A stretch of DNA of 63,729 nt, filler included, from Octopus bimaculoides (GCF_001194135.2; 5 parts of 4 records of this genome joined end to end with filler, not necessarily neighbours in it), one strand, 5' to 3'; numbered from the whole stretch's first letter, positions 1 to 12,261 are shown. Notes: generated from the sequence alone by a model not told the origin. Made by a program: numbers and translations.

Positions 1-45
1 AATCTGTAAATGTACAAACATCCAGATTTCTGAGTACCTTAATTT

Positions 46-90
<45 letters not shown>

Positions 91-480
91 GAAATGAAAA
101 AATACGCATTAAGAACAGGAGATCGCCAACGAGTGAAAATACGTAAACACACGAGAGACAAGCAGGGAACAAAATACCAAAGGAAGTCTAACCCCTCCAC
201 AGCAACCACAAGTTTTGAAAACATAAAGTTTGTGAAGAGTTAGGGCTTCGAACAAACAAACGACACTAGAATGTACGTACGGAAGTAAACAATCGACGAA
301 GACAGACCTTTAGGATTGTTAAGCCAACACGAAAAGAACGAAACAGGGAGTAATATCACAGTCAACAACTGAGGAGGGGCTAGACTTCTTTTAGTATTTT
401 GTCCCGTACCTATCTCTCGTGTGTTTACGTATTTTTCACACGTTGGTGATGTCCTGTACTTAATTTGTATTTTCCATTTA
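91..480. repeat. Inverted repeat pair, arms ~91-200 and ~371-480, probably Penelope-type terminal repeat
   Basis: The reverse complement of 91-200 (GTGGAGGGGTTAGACTTCCTTTGGTATTTTGTTCC...) aligns to 371-480 (GAGGAGGGGCTAGACTTCTTTTAGTATTTTGTCCC...), roughly 80-85% identical by eye. The Penelope assignment is inference. Confidence 0.8.
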
Positions 481-527
481 TTGAATAATTGAACCCCACG
501 CAGCCTGTGTCAACAGTTTTTACATTT

Positions 528-600
<73 letters not shown>
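528..600. repeat. (GATA)n microsatellite
   Basis: Perfect tetranucleotide run read directly from the sequence. Confidence 0.97.
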
Positions 601-1322
601 AAGAAAGATGCACACAAACGCACACACAGTCACACACACAAACACACACACTCACACATACTTATACATGCATTCATACATACACCATACTTTACTATTG
701 TTCTACATGTGACATGTACTTATACAGTGTATGTTACTATTGTACGATATCATTTTGTGTATCATTATATGTTACCATATTAATATTGCTTTATGTATTA
801 TTAAATATTGTTTTGTATTATGACTGTAATATCACATCGTCCCAAAATTATCATCATTGAATAAATTTAATTTACCACAGATATATCTTCGCATCAATGT
901 CTTCATTTCTCAATTTGTTCACTTGGCAAATGAGAATTTAACAGTCGACAGACAGAAAAACTGTATGACGTCATCAATAAAATATGTTCTCCAATGGTGG
1001 ACTAAAAAAATGTTAAAAATCGAAACCAGGCTTTAGTTTGTTCTTCTCTGATTAACTTTACTGAAAAAAACCTTTCTTTAGATTTATAATTGACATTGTA
1101 CAAGCTTTCCAGAAGAACCGAGTTTTTTTTTTCTTACGTTTCTTTTCTTATTTTTGTCTTCACAATCTTTGGATGTTTGAAATTCACTAATGTGAACCAG
1201 TGACGTTAATACAAATCACTAATCATAAGAACTCCACCACCACCACCACCACCAACAAGAACAACAACAGCAATAACAAGACGAAGAATAATATAATTAC
1301 GACATTCAAATTGACGACTCAC

Positions 1323-1479
1323 ATTTGTACAAGGCCACAAAGATTTCCAATGACTCATCCTCAACGAGATTCGGACGCAGAATTATTAAGAGCAGAACTA
1401 AATAATTTTTATGCAGAGTGTGGCGCTCTACCGTTTTTGCTATGCCTCCACCACTACCAAAAATTGGTATTGAAAAATA
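1323..1479 (-). CDS. Candidate internal exon of an unknown gene (157 nt)
   Basis: On the minus strand: acceptor aatattaatttttag|, one open frame (YFSIPIFGSGGGIAKTVERHTLHKNYLVLLLIILRPNLVEDESLEIFVALYK), donor |gtgagt. No protein family recognised. Confidence 0.25.
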
Positions 1480-1879
1480 CTAAAAATTAATATTGAAAGT
1501 CGTGTGTAGTGAGCTGGCAGAAACAAATAGTTGAATACCTGTCTAAGTGTATTTTCCTTATTTAGTTATATCCAGTTCTAACATGACATCGCTCCGAAGG
1601 TGGCCGCTAGTGTTATAAGGGATCGGTATAGTACTAATAACATTCTGTATTCCAGTACCAGTAATACGCTGGGTCGACTTAATTATCTATATCACATATT
1701 CACTTCTTATCGAAGCCTTATGGGTTGAGTTTCTTCAATGGAAACTCTGCAGGAGCCTGTTGAAATCAAAGCAAACTGCACTAAATGTACTCAACGGTTT
1801 GGGTGTGGTGTTAAACTGGAAACATGTCATGTCTGCTACCAACAAGAAGAGGCGGGGCATATTAATTTTTATCAGAGCA

Positions 1880-2430
1880 TCAGCCCTTAAAATTGTCTTA
1901 GAGGATTTGCAACCCCTTCAGTTCTGGTCCAGTCGTTTTGAAGTGGCCTAGTTCCTAGATAGGTTGTCTTTGCTCCAGTTACACGAGTTACACCTCTCCT
2001 TAGACAGCATTCAAGTAATAAACTGCAAGTTTCCACGGTTACCGAACGGATATGTATTGAGATAGAGAGAACAGGGTGAAGTGAAAACGAGAGGGGAAGA
2101 GAGAGAGAGAGAGTGGGGAGAGAAGAAAACTGGAAAATATATTTTGACTGAAATGTGTAGAAACGAAGGAAGAACGTTGTTGATAAATGAGCGGAACAAT
2201 AACCAGAGACACAAATTTCTCTAACGTGAGTGACATAAAGCAATAGGTCACCAATGGATCTGGCATTGTGGATGCCATTTTGGAGGTCACTGAGATGGTG
2301 GAAGGCATCATTGTTAATGGCTGTCACCATCACCTCGTGACGATAGGGGTAAATGTAATAGGACGATAGTTGACAGAGTCAGAGGGATCGCCTTTCTTTG
2401 GAATGGGATTCACTGAATATTTCCAACGGT
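1880..2430 (-). mobile_element. Degenerate CR1/L2-group LINE reverse transcriptase fragment
   Basis: Minus strand reads WKYSVNPIPKKGDPSDSVNYRPITFTPIVT, then after a frameshift MVTAINND...LSDLQNGIHNARSIGDLL. This matches the PIPKKGD..NYRPISL and Q.GFR..RST.DLL RT motifs. Frameshifted, and interrupted by (GA)n. Confidence 0.8.
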
Positions 2431-2660
2431 CACGGTATTTCCCTTTAACGACGAAAATATTAGAGAGCTTAGTGAGTATGATGATTGCTTAAATGATTAT
2501 TTTTATAAATTAAGCATGAAATTTGGAATTACAATGTATCCAGACTCTATTACTAATTATTAATTAATGACCTGTAGGGACACCGTATTTCGTTATGCAA
2601 TCATAATATACTACGAAGTATATTAAATGTTTCTGCTGTGTTGGCAGTGCTATTACATTA

Positions 2661-3120
2661 CATGTTAAGGTTATCTCTACAGATTTTTTATAGAAATTAT
2701 AACCAGCAGTGATTTTGTTACGACGTTTCATATCCAAGACACCTGATATGAACAACGATAAGATCGGAGATGAAAAATGAGTCATGGGCGTACGTTTTTG
2801 CTTCTGAAATATGGCATGATATATTCATCAGCACCCATCCAAACCAGTGACCATTCACAAACTCATTGCTTAAATAGTCATTAAATATAGCAGTGTAACG
2901 TTATTGGATACATCAATTCTACATATTTAACACATTGCTGGAAACTGGTACGTAAATACCTATGAAGAAGCAAAAACTCCTCAAATACGGCCCATTACCC
3001 ATTTTTCATGTTTGATCTCATTATTGTTTACAATAGGCGTCTTACATACGAAACGTCGTAACAAAAATCAATGCTGGTTATAATTTCTATAGAAAATCTG
3101 TAGAGATAACCTTAACAAGT
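2661..3120. mobile_element. Fold-back / MITE-like element, arms ~2661-2810 and ~2975-3120
   Basis: The reverse complement of 2661-2790 shares GAAACGTCGTAACAAAATCA.TGCTGGTTATAATTTCTATA.AAAATCTGTAGAGATAACCTTAACA with 2995-3120. No coding capacity seen. Confidence 0.75.
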
Positions 3121-3234
3121 GAATTATCTATTCTCTCCTCAAAGCGCAACACTTAGCATATTCGTTAGGGAATCTCAACCATAACCTCTTGATGAAGATG
3201 CCGAGGAGACACCAGTATCAGCCAATAAAATATG

Positions 3235-3335
3235 CTTTTGTATTTGAATGGTTCTTTATTTCATCAACCTCGAGAAGGCTGCAAAGTGAATTTGGCCTCG
3301 GCAGAATTTGAACCCGGAACGAAAAATTACCAGTT
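3235..3335 (-). mobile_element. SINE family B fragment
   Basis: CCTCGGCAGAATTTGAACCCGGAAC is the reverse complement of the B-box region (GTTCTGAGTTCAAATTCCGCC.AGG) of the copy at 61.4 kb. Confidence 0.55.
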
Positions 3336-3881
3336 AGAAACCAATACTTCTTGGTAAAAAAAAAATGTTATAACTCAATATTTCTTAGCATAACAAGGCT
3401 TAAAGGGGTCACAAAAATGGTGACGTGTGGTATTTCTTAACAACCCATCATGTTCACAGTTCCAACGGCCCCAGGGTGAAATTTACATTTCAAAATCGAA
3501 TAAACAACTTTAAATCATCAAGACCTCAGTTTCTAGACTGTATGAATTTAATACTTTCGACTTATAAAGAAATGCCCTTCCGCCCATCTGCCCGCCCACC
3601 CATCAACCCGTTCAATTCCCAAATTGCTGTCAGTACTGAGCATTGACCGACTGACATTTGAAAACAATTATGACATGCCAGACCATAGAAATCAACGTTA
3701 ACAAATGGCATGTGATTGTCAAATAGGTAGGTAAGAGCATTAAGCAAACACACACACACACACGCGCGCGCGCGCACGCACGTACAGATACAGCCACATC
3801 ACGCACACATATTACATACATACAAACACTATACATATGTGAATACAATCATACATTCATTATAAACACACACACACACAT

Positions 3882-3936
<55 letters not shown>

Positions 3937-4088
3937 CATAAACATACTTATATACATAAAAACATACATATGCACACACACAGACACACACAAACACATG
4001 CATACATAAATACATACACGTGTATATATATATAAACATATATATGTGTATGTATGTATTTATATATATATATATATANNNNNNNNNN

Positions 4089-4131
<43 letters not shown>

Positions 4132-5356
4132 GATGGCTATGACTCGAATTCGAGCAACGCCATTGCTTGATTGTTCCCCTAAAGCAGCACAGACGTGGCT
4201 TATCAATCCTGCTACGTACATAAACCCTTCTGCACAAATGTGGTAACTATGTGGCAAGTATTCACAGAGTTGCCACCTACGCTGTCACGCGCCTTCATTA
4301 CATCATGGAATTTTTCACGTTTTGCCTTTCTCAGTTACGGCCAGCTGTGTGTGCATCTGTGTGTGGGGGTGCTCATGTGTGAGTATGATCATTTAAGTAT
4401 GTGTGTATACACATGTACCTTTTCGGACAATCTCATTCAGATTCACAGTTTCGGACAACGGCCCAACTGTATTGCCATATAAGACAAAGTCTATCTTCGA
4501 GAAATTAATTGTGTTACCATATGAGGCATTAACGCCGACGCGAACGTGGTTTGATCAGTCAAATTGGCTTGTGTGTAACCAAATAGCCATAGAAAGTGAT
4601 ATTGTGAATTTTCCTGTCAAGTAATACTGCTGAAGGTTCTACAAGTTTTGATTAAATGTTGTAAAAGCTAGGATACTCCTGAATAGAACAACCTCATGTA
4701 TTACACAGAACTCTGAAGATCAGTTTTGTGAGAAGTTGTTTTTAACTTTTACTATTTATTTTCTACTTAATACCCATGAATGATTTTCATATAAATAATT
4801 GAATAATTGATGCCACATATAATAAAGATGTTATTAAAAAGAGCGATGTCTGTGACTGAATCTTTTATAAAATAAAGAAATGCCTTGCACAGAGAGTCAA
4901 TCCTACTCTCTAAACAACGAATGCATTTGCTCAAAAAGAAGACCAAGTCTACATTATTGGATGCAAACAAAGCTGCAGCTGTTACATTAAGGTTTTTCTT
5001 CGCCTGCAAAGATGTCAAAATAAAGACTAGGGATCTCACTCCAAGCTGTCTGAAGACCATTAATTCTACTGAATTCATCCATCCTTTGAAAGGTTTTGTC
5101 TTTCATCTTTTAGGGTATACAATGAAAACCAAGTAAGGATTCCCAGATTAGTCGCCCACGGCCCAATCATGCGACAGGTTATACTGAGTTACATGTTACC
5201 AGTAGCATTGAAAGTGCATACATTTATAGATACACACACATAAACATACACATACATACACACGCACACACACACACACACACATACACACACACAGAGA
5301 AACACACACACATATATATATATACATATATATACATATACATGAATATATACAGT

Positions 5357-5391
<35 letters not shown>

Positions 5392-7653
5392 CAAAAACAC
5401 AATAACAAAAAAACAAAAAAACAACAAGGTGAGGACGTGATATGGATAGTATTATTGGACGCTCAGGAATATATGTCTTGTCTTCGAAACGTCTAGATAG
5501 AATAGAGACAGCTGATGAAGGGATATTCCAAGTGGCTTTCCGTTTTCCTATGTGTTCGTTCCGTTGTCTGTAGTTTATTGTTCTAACGTCCTGTACCCTG
5601 ATATGCATGTATATACACATGTAGATGTAAGTATGTACATATATGTGTGTATACATGTATATANNNNNNNNNNNNNNNNNNNNNNNNNNNNNNNNNNNNN
5701 NNNNNNNNNNNNNNNNNNNNNNNNNNNNNNNNNNNNNNNNNNNNNNNNNNNNNNNNNNNNNNNNNNNNNNNNNNNNNNNNNNNNNNNNNNNNNNNNNNNN
5801 NNNNNNNNNNNNNNNNNNNNNNNNNNNNNNNNNNNNNNNNNNNNNNNNNNNNNNNNNNNNNNNNNNNNNNNNNNNNNNNNNNNNNNNNNNNNNNNNNNNN
5901 NNNNNNNNNNNNNNNNNNNNNNNNNNNNNNNNNNNNNNNNNNNNNNNNNNNNNNNNNNNNNNNNNNNNNNNNNNNNNNNNNNNNNNNNNNNNNNNNNNNN
6001 NNNNNNNNNNNNNNNNNNNNNNNNNNNNNNNNNNNNNNNNNNNNNNNNNNNNNNNNNNNNNNNNNNNNNNNNNNNNNNNNNNNNNNNNNNNNNNNNNNNN
6101 NNNNNNNNNNNNNNNNNNNNNNNNNNNNNNNNNNNNNNNNNNNNNNNNNNNNNNNNNNNNNNNNNNNNNNNNNNNNNNNNNNNNNTGGGAAAAATATGTC
6201 TATTATGAAACGAAAACTATGGGGTTGGATTGGGAGTTGGAGAAATATTGTAATGAATTTTTTTCTGAATTCTAATCCAATGTTTCAAAAATAGAAAGCC
6301 AAAGAAATTTTCTAAAATAAAAAAGATTAAAAGATTACAGAAATGAAGTACCTTTTCCACAAATCTACCCAAAGGATGCCATCCTGAACATGATTACATA
6401 AAAAAGAATGTTTACAGAGTTTTTATGCCATCAATCGATAGAATGTATACAAATACTCAAAAATATTCCCAATATTTTACGAATTTTAATAACGAAAATA
6501 TGCAACAAGAAATTCAAGGAAACATGACGTCATTATAAAGATGAGCGGAGAAGTTCGCGAAGTTTATGGAAAACAAGGAGGTTATATAAATATATCAAAT
6601 ATAGGTAGAGGTCATACACTTGATATAGATGGAAGTCACGAACATATAATCAATAGAGGCGGAGGTCGGTCATTATTTGACGAAAAAAATGCCCTGTGGT
6701 TCTTGCGTGTGGTTGTTCAGTGAATGCATTTTATTTACTGTTAGCGATAACGTTTAACAAAAATACAATCAACTTAACGACATCGAAATCATGTTGTGCG
6801 TCATACCATTCCATGAAAAGTCGGAGAACACCAATGACTTCGTTAACGTAATAAGGTATTGCTATCTGATTTTGTTTACCATCTACCACCCCGCTTTGTT
6901 CCCCATTGTTCTTCCCCAAAAATATTGACAATGATCATCACGCTTTGACCCTGTTTCAAGGTTGTTGTCACATTTACTCAAACATCGATTCCAACTTCTC
7001 TGAAATTTCCCAGTCCCACCGATTTACATTCCTTTGATGATTTCAGCAGATTTTTCCTTTCACTACCGTGACTAGCAGTACTTTTACCATTGTATCAACA
7101 CTCCAGTGGCTGCCGATGGTCTAATGCAGTCTCATCAATCAGGTTATTGTGAACAAAGATTGCCTAACAATGAATGACTTGTTTAACTTGTAGTGTTTGT
7201 TTAGTCTTCATTGATAACGGCACGCAACATGGCGATATTTCTTTATTGTTCCCTGATCAAGTGTCTACGTATAACAATAAAATGGTACTCCGCAGTAAAA
7301 TCAAACAGTTAACAGCTTTGTGCAACAATTGTCATTAGCTGCCCTTCAAACTGCGAGACAACACGTTATGAAAACTCAGAAAAGCTACTTTGAGCTCGAA
7401 TATAAAACTTACTTAGTGTATTAGGGTGGCAAATTCAAGTAATTTGAACAAAAAAACAGATGTCGCTTATACCTACCTACCTTCATTTGTGATTTTCGCT
7501 TCAATGCAAACGTCTCCAAGCTATATGAATTAGAATAATAACCGACACAATCAAGTGATAATTCATAACCGGCGGTGCCGACGTAAAGAAAAAAACTGGT
7601 AATGCGATCAGACAAAATTATGACGAAATTTTGTGCAATTGTTACATACATAC

Positions 7654-7727
<74 letters not shown>
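7654..7727. repeat. (GATA)n microsatellite
   Basis: Perfect tetranucleotide run. Confidence 0.97.
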
Positions 7728-7728
<1 letters not shown>

Positions 7729-7899
7729 AAAGGTAAGACAACAACCCTTATTGCGCTTTTACACTTTTTTCTTTATTTTGCCTTTAGCCCTGTTTTTTCT
7801 TGTGCATGTACATATATAGACGTGTGTATGAACCTTTTTTGTGCGCGTGTGTATGTGTGCGAGCGTGTTGCGTGCGCATGTGTGTGTGCGAGCGTGTAT

Positions 7900-8295
7900 G
7901 CGGGTATGTATATATTTTTTGGTGAATGTGTGGGTGAGCATGTGTGGGTGAGCATGTGTGGGTGAGCATGTGTGTGTTTCAAGTGAGTGTGGACGAGTAT
8001 ATACATATGGGCGCATGTACGTGGGTGTGCGGGCGCGCACGTGTATGTTTGGACTGGTGCGCTTACGCGAATATTATGGACATTTTTACTCCCTTACCAT
8101 TACTTTCTCCCCTTACTTAGCGGTCATTCTAATAGCTCCTTTGTCTTAATAACGGTCAATCACACAGTAATTTCCCTTTGTTTAACGGTCATTTTCATAG
8201 CATTTTTTCGATGGTCAGATAACTGAAGAAATGGCAGCGTGAGTTTCCGCTTCGACATCCGAAACTCGGAGTTTTATCATGGCTACCGAATAATT
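7900..8295 (+). mobile_element. Dispersed non-coding repeat (Penelope/retrozyme-like), copy 1
   Basis: Closely similar to the reverse complement of 17720-18060, for example CTCCCCTTACTTAGCG...TTTGTCTTAATAACGGTC.A.CACACAGTAATTTCCCTTTGTTTAACGG. It ends in a hammerhead-like fold. Confidence 0.8.
8213..8284 (+). ncRNA. Type I hammerhead ribozyme-like motif, core complete
   Basis: Stem I GATAA (8218-22) pairs with TTATC (8274-78). Core CTGAAGA 8223-29, imperfect stem II 8230-60, GAAA 8261-64, stem III AC-TCGGA-GT, predicted cleavage after T8273 (GUU). Confidence 0.55.
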
Positions 8296-8319
8296 GTCAC
8301 ATATTATTTACAGATATAT

Positions 8320-8942
8320 ATATCCTGGCAGAAAATTTTCTCGGCTGAGAAAAACCAAAGTATGTTCGGTTGGAGGGGATGCTTGAGTTTGTTCGAAATC
8401 TTCGTAGCGCGGTCTTTCCTCTTGCCCTTGATGGCTTGGGATAAAAATTGGCCCTTTCTCATCTTGCATGAGTAATACCGAATGTCTTCATGCACTGCCT
8501 GCCTGATAAGACACTTAAACATTCACATGTCCCTGGCGATGGACCTGATTGACTTGGAGGGATCGTTCTCAATAATGGCCTGAATCTCACCAACAAATTC
8601 GAGAGTTCTTTTCTTATCAGAACGATCAGAGTGAGTTTTCTGAGCTGCTGTACCTTTGTAATCACCACTTATCCAACTCTTTCTGAACCCTCTGCACTAT
8701 CTTCAGATTGACACTCAAACATTCTAAAATGTTCATATTGGAGCTTCCGACGCGAATGCCAAACAGTACGGTATGTCGATTCCAAATTTCTGGCAGAGTG
8801 AATTGCGTTATGGTGTTGCTTTTCTCACAGATGGTGCCCATCTGATCCTACTATACTGTGTAGTTAACAAAATCAAAAACAAACAATGCGCATGCGCAAA
8901 ATTTTAAATATAAAATAGCGATAATTTACCTGTTGTACCTTG
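8320..8942 (-). mobile_element. DD37D (maT-type) Tc1/mariner transposon, 5' half
   Basis: Terminus TA|CAAGGTACAACAGGTAAATT at 8942. Frameshifted transposase includes HEDIRYYSCKMRKGQFLSQAIKGKRKDRATKISNKLKHPLQPNILWFFSAEKIFCQD. Its first ~240 bp match 41344-41590. Confidence 0.88.
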
Positions 8943-9185
8943 TACATATAATTCTTTTTTATGCCTCGAAGAACACACATAAAGCCGTAAACAACAAAGA
9001 AAAAGAAACAATGGCCTTCAGAAATAATATTCTTGTAACATTTCAAAATCTTTCTTCTTGCTTATAGATGTTTTCCAACTGTATAGTCATAGTCATTGAA
9101 TATGCTGTTTTTATATAGATATTTTACAATGACCAAGCAAAAAAACATATATAAACATATATACAGGCATACGCATGCGCTGACG

Positions 9186-9223
<38 letters not shown>

Positions 9224-9399
9224 TACATACATACATACATACATACATACATACATACACACGTAATACTCAATGCTGATTCGAAAACTACAGATCCAAG
9301 CCATCACTGGAACTCTAAAAATTTGTAAAACTGTCCAGACATACAGGGGTATGTATTTATGTATGTATGTGTGTGTGAAAAGAAAACAAAGAGAGAAAC

Positions 9400-9726
9400 A
9401 AATGTGTAGGGATTACCGGTTCAACATGACGAAATAACCAGAAGAAAGAGGCTGAATGAAAAGGAGGTAATGACAGTGACCCGGTCGAACGAATTTATTC
9501 TCGCGCACTCGTGTGTATGAGAGAATGGTGTGTGTGAGTGTGTATATATGAACGGGGGTGAGTATGTGAGTATGTATGTATGGGCGAACTGAAAAATATG
9601 TGGACCTGTATGTGTGTATGTGTGTAAATGACCCAGTGCGTTACATTGTGTGGTGTGATATGCGCTACATGTACTGGTATGTATGTGTGTGTGCATATGG
9701 ACATGTGTACGTATGTGAGCGATTAT

Positions 9727-9796
<70 letters not shown>

Positions 9797-10500
9797 TGTG
9801 TGTGTGTGTGTGTATGTGTGTGTGTAAACATATTGGCCTGGGTGTGTTTGTGTATGTACAAGTAACCTAGTGTATGTGTTGTGCGGAGTGATGGGCATTT
9901 TGTATATTTGCGAGTTTATGGACGTGTGTGCGTGTGTACGTGTGTGCGTGTGCGTGTGCGTGTGCGCCTGCATTTAGCAGTTGATATCTGCTTGCTCAGG
10001 TAGTGTGTGCACGTGTGGGTGTATGTGAGTGTGACGATATATTATGCAGGTGTATAGTGTATGTTTGTGGACGAAATTTGTGTCTATGAGCGTTGCGTGT
10101 GTGTTTATATATATTGTCTGTGTCCAGCCAATATACGCTTGTGTAGGTGTGGGAGTATGCATGATGGCGTGTGGTGTGTGTACTGAGTTGAACAGTATGT
10201 AGAGGTGCTTGTATAGTGGTATGTGTGGTGACGCTATTGAAGAGTGTGTGCGTGGGTCTGTAGATAATGGTGTGTTGTGTGGGTGCTGAGAAGTGTTGGG
10301 TGCTAGTGTGTGCGGAGTGGAAAGGTGTTTGTGGGTGTGTGTGTGTAGTGGTGTGTGAAGTGAGTAATGAGTTGAACAATGTGTATGGGTGTTTGTATCA
10401 TGGTGTGCGTGTGTGGTATGCAAGTGTGTAAGTGGAGGAGGTGTAGTTGAATGTAGGTGTGTGGGAATCTGTGTGGGGTGGTGTCAGATGAAGAAAGGTA
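9400..10500. repeat. Degenerate GT-rich low-complexity block with (GT)n and (GA)n runs
   Basis: Strong G/T strand bias. All overlapping ORFs are THTH/CVCV artefacts. Confidence 0.85.
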
Positions 10501-10519
10501 GTAAGCTGAGCTCATATAG

Positions 10520-11105
10520 CGCAAAAGAACGAAGGGAGAAGATTAATTTCTGTTCACGGTGAAGGCGAGAGTCCGGTGGCCCTTGTGCAGAGACAGTCCG
10601 AACATAGACAGATGTTGTAGCGAATGACCGGTAGAGCGGACGTGGCGCGAGACCCGGGTGTCATTGCCGAGTATGATATTTCGGAGGTACTCCATGAACA
10701 GGTCAGCCAAGCAGTGTCCCGTTTGATCAACGTACGGGGAAGGACAGAGAGAGCAGGGGATGCAGTAAATAACATTAACGGAGGCGCAGGTAAAGGAGAC
10801 GGTGGTGAGTGCCAGTGAGGATAGTGGTGTTGGAGAAGTAGAGACAGATGCGATAGCATGGGCGAGAGCAGGGGAAGGAGCTAGGCTGAGAGGCAAGGGT
10901 AAGGAAGAAACTGTGGACCAAGAGGTCACGTAGGTTATGGGCTCGATGAAGGAGGGAAAGGATGGGTTAGGTAAGATGTGCGAGGTGGAGGTGTCAGATT
11001 GGAGTCACCGGAAGACTCGGAGAATGGTGCGTTGGATGGGTAGGGTGGAGGTGTGGTGGTGAGGAGAAACGGGAGACAGGTAAAGGTGGGGCGGGTGGGA
11101 TTAGA
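10520..11105 (-). mobile_element. Penelope-like element 3' part (GIY-YIG endonuclease remnant)
   Basis: Minus strand FTCASVNVIYCIPCSLCPSPYVDQTGHCLADLFMEYLRNIILGNDTRVSRHVRSTGHSLQHLSMFGLSLHKGHR matches the PLE pattern VIYCI.C..C...YIGQTGR.L..RF.EH....I......VSRHF...GH. Confidence 0.85.
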
Positions 11106-11106
11106 A

Positions 11107-11428
11107 AGAGCTGTGTGGTAAGAAGTTTGCTTCTCGACCACATAGCTTAAGGTTCAGTCCACTGCATAGTGTCTAAAGTGTCGGGCCGACAAAAGCCTTT
11201 TGAGGGGATTTTGTAGATAGAAACTGAAAGAAGTCTGTCATATACATGTGTGTATCTGTGTGTGGTGGGGTGATCCACTACCGCTTGACAACTGGTGCTT
11301 GTGAGTCTCCGCCCCCGTAACTTAGCGGTTCAGTAACAAGCACCAGGCTCATAAAAATGAAACTACTGTAGTCGATTCGTTTGACTAAAATTCTTCATGG
11401 CCACAGTCTAAAAGAAGTAAGAAAAAGT
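11107..11428 (+). mobile_element. SINE family A (tRNA-derived), degenerate full copy
   Basis: Head GCTGTGTGGTAAGAAGTTTGCTT...GGTTCAGTCC and body GGGCCGAC.AAAGCCTT...GAAACTGAAAGAAG...CCCCGTAACTTAGCGGTTC are shared with the copies at 28.3, 51.7 and 60.6 kb. Confidence 0.8.
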
Positions 11429-11552
11429 GAAGCTGTACTTATTAAACATAGGAGAGGTTGTTGGCAGTCAAAATTTTGAACCGTTCCATATATGTTGTAA
11501 TTAAACTCTACCTTTCAAGTATTGAGTTCTCATATTTGTTATACATGTGGCA

Positions 11553-11595
11553 GACAGACAGACAGACAGACACACAGACACACAGACACACAGAC

Positions 11596-11661
<66 letters not shown>
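11553..11661. repeat. (GACA)n/(GATA)n compound microsatellite
   Basis: Direct reading. Confidence 0.95.
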
Positions 11662-11663
<2 letters not shown>

Positions 11664-12261
11664 TGGTGGGTGGAAATAAAATGCATTGAGGAATAATTGA
11701 AACTGAGGTGGAACATGGAAAAAGAAGAAACGAGTGAAGAGTAAAGCGAAAATCAAAATTGAAAGAATAGATAAAGATGCGATGTGTGTAGTGATTGTTA
11801 TTGTTGACAAAGGCTTTTTGACATTGGAACAATAAATTAATAAAGATATACATAAAATTACTAACAATAATTTATATATTATTGTAAAGATAATAGAGTT
11901 GTAATTTACTGAATATAGAAGTAAACAAACGAAAATAAAGGCAAACACATATGTAGATTAACGCTACGTACATACATACATACGTAATACATACATACAT
12001 ACATACATACATACATACATACATACATACATACATACATACATGCATATATGAACTGAGACACACATCACAGATATTTCTAAATACAAACATTTCAATG
12101 AATATATACTTGTATACACATCCAAATATATATATATATATATATATAAGTACACACATACAAATCTATACAGACATGCATATATACATGTTACATATGC
12201 ATGTATATGTGTATGCACAGAGACATTTGCATATATACATGCACATGTATAGGCGCATATA

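Noticed and set aside
1420-1460. GGGIAKTVERHT resembling the imidazolonepropionase GGGIHFTVERT motif
   Set aside because: The flanking residues do not match, so no gene symbol is assigned.
4767-5136. Overlapping 103 aa and 83 aa ORFs
   Set aside because: No recognisable domain. There is a faint L1-like resemblance in a stop-ridden frame, too weak to call.
5485-5535. GAAACGTC followed by CTGATGA
   Set aside because: The half-motifs lack a convincing closing stem II (A/C mismatch) and stem I. It may be a Penelope terminal relic but cannot be called a ribozyme.
5552-6294. Long ORFs made mostly of X, here and at every other gap
   Set aside because: They are translations of N-runs.
6541-6931. 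Short ORFs in moderately GC-rich unique DNA
   Set aside because: No motif, no consistent splice frame and no repeat identity that I can support.
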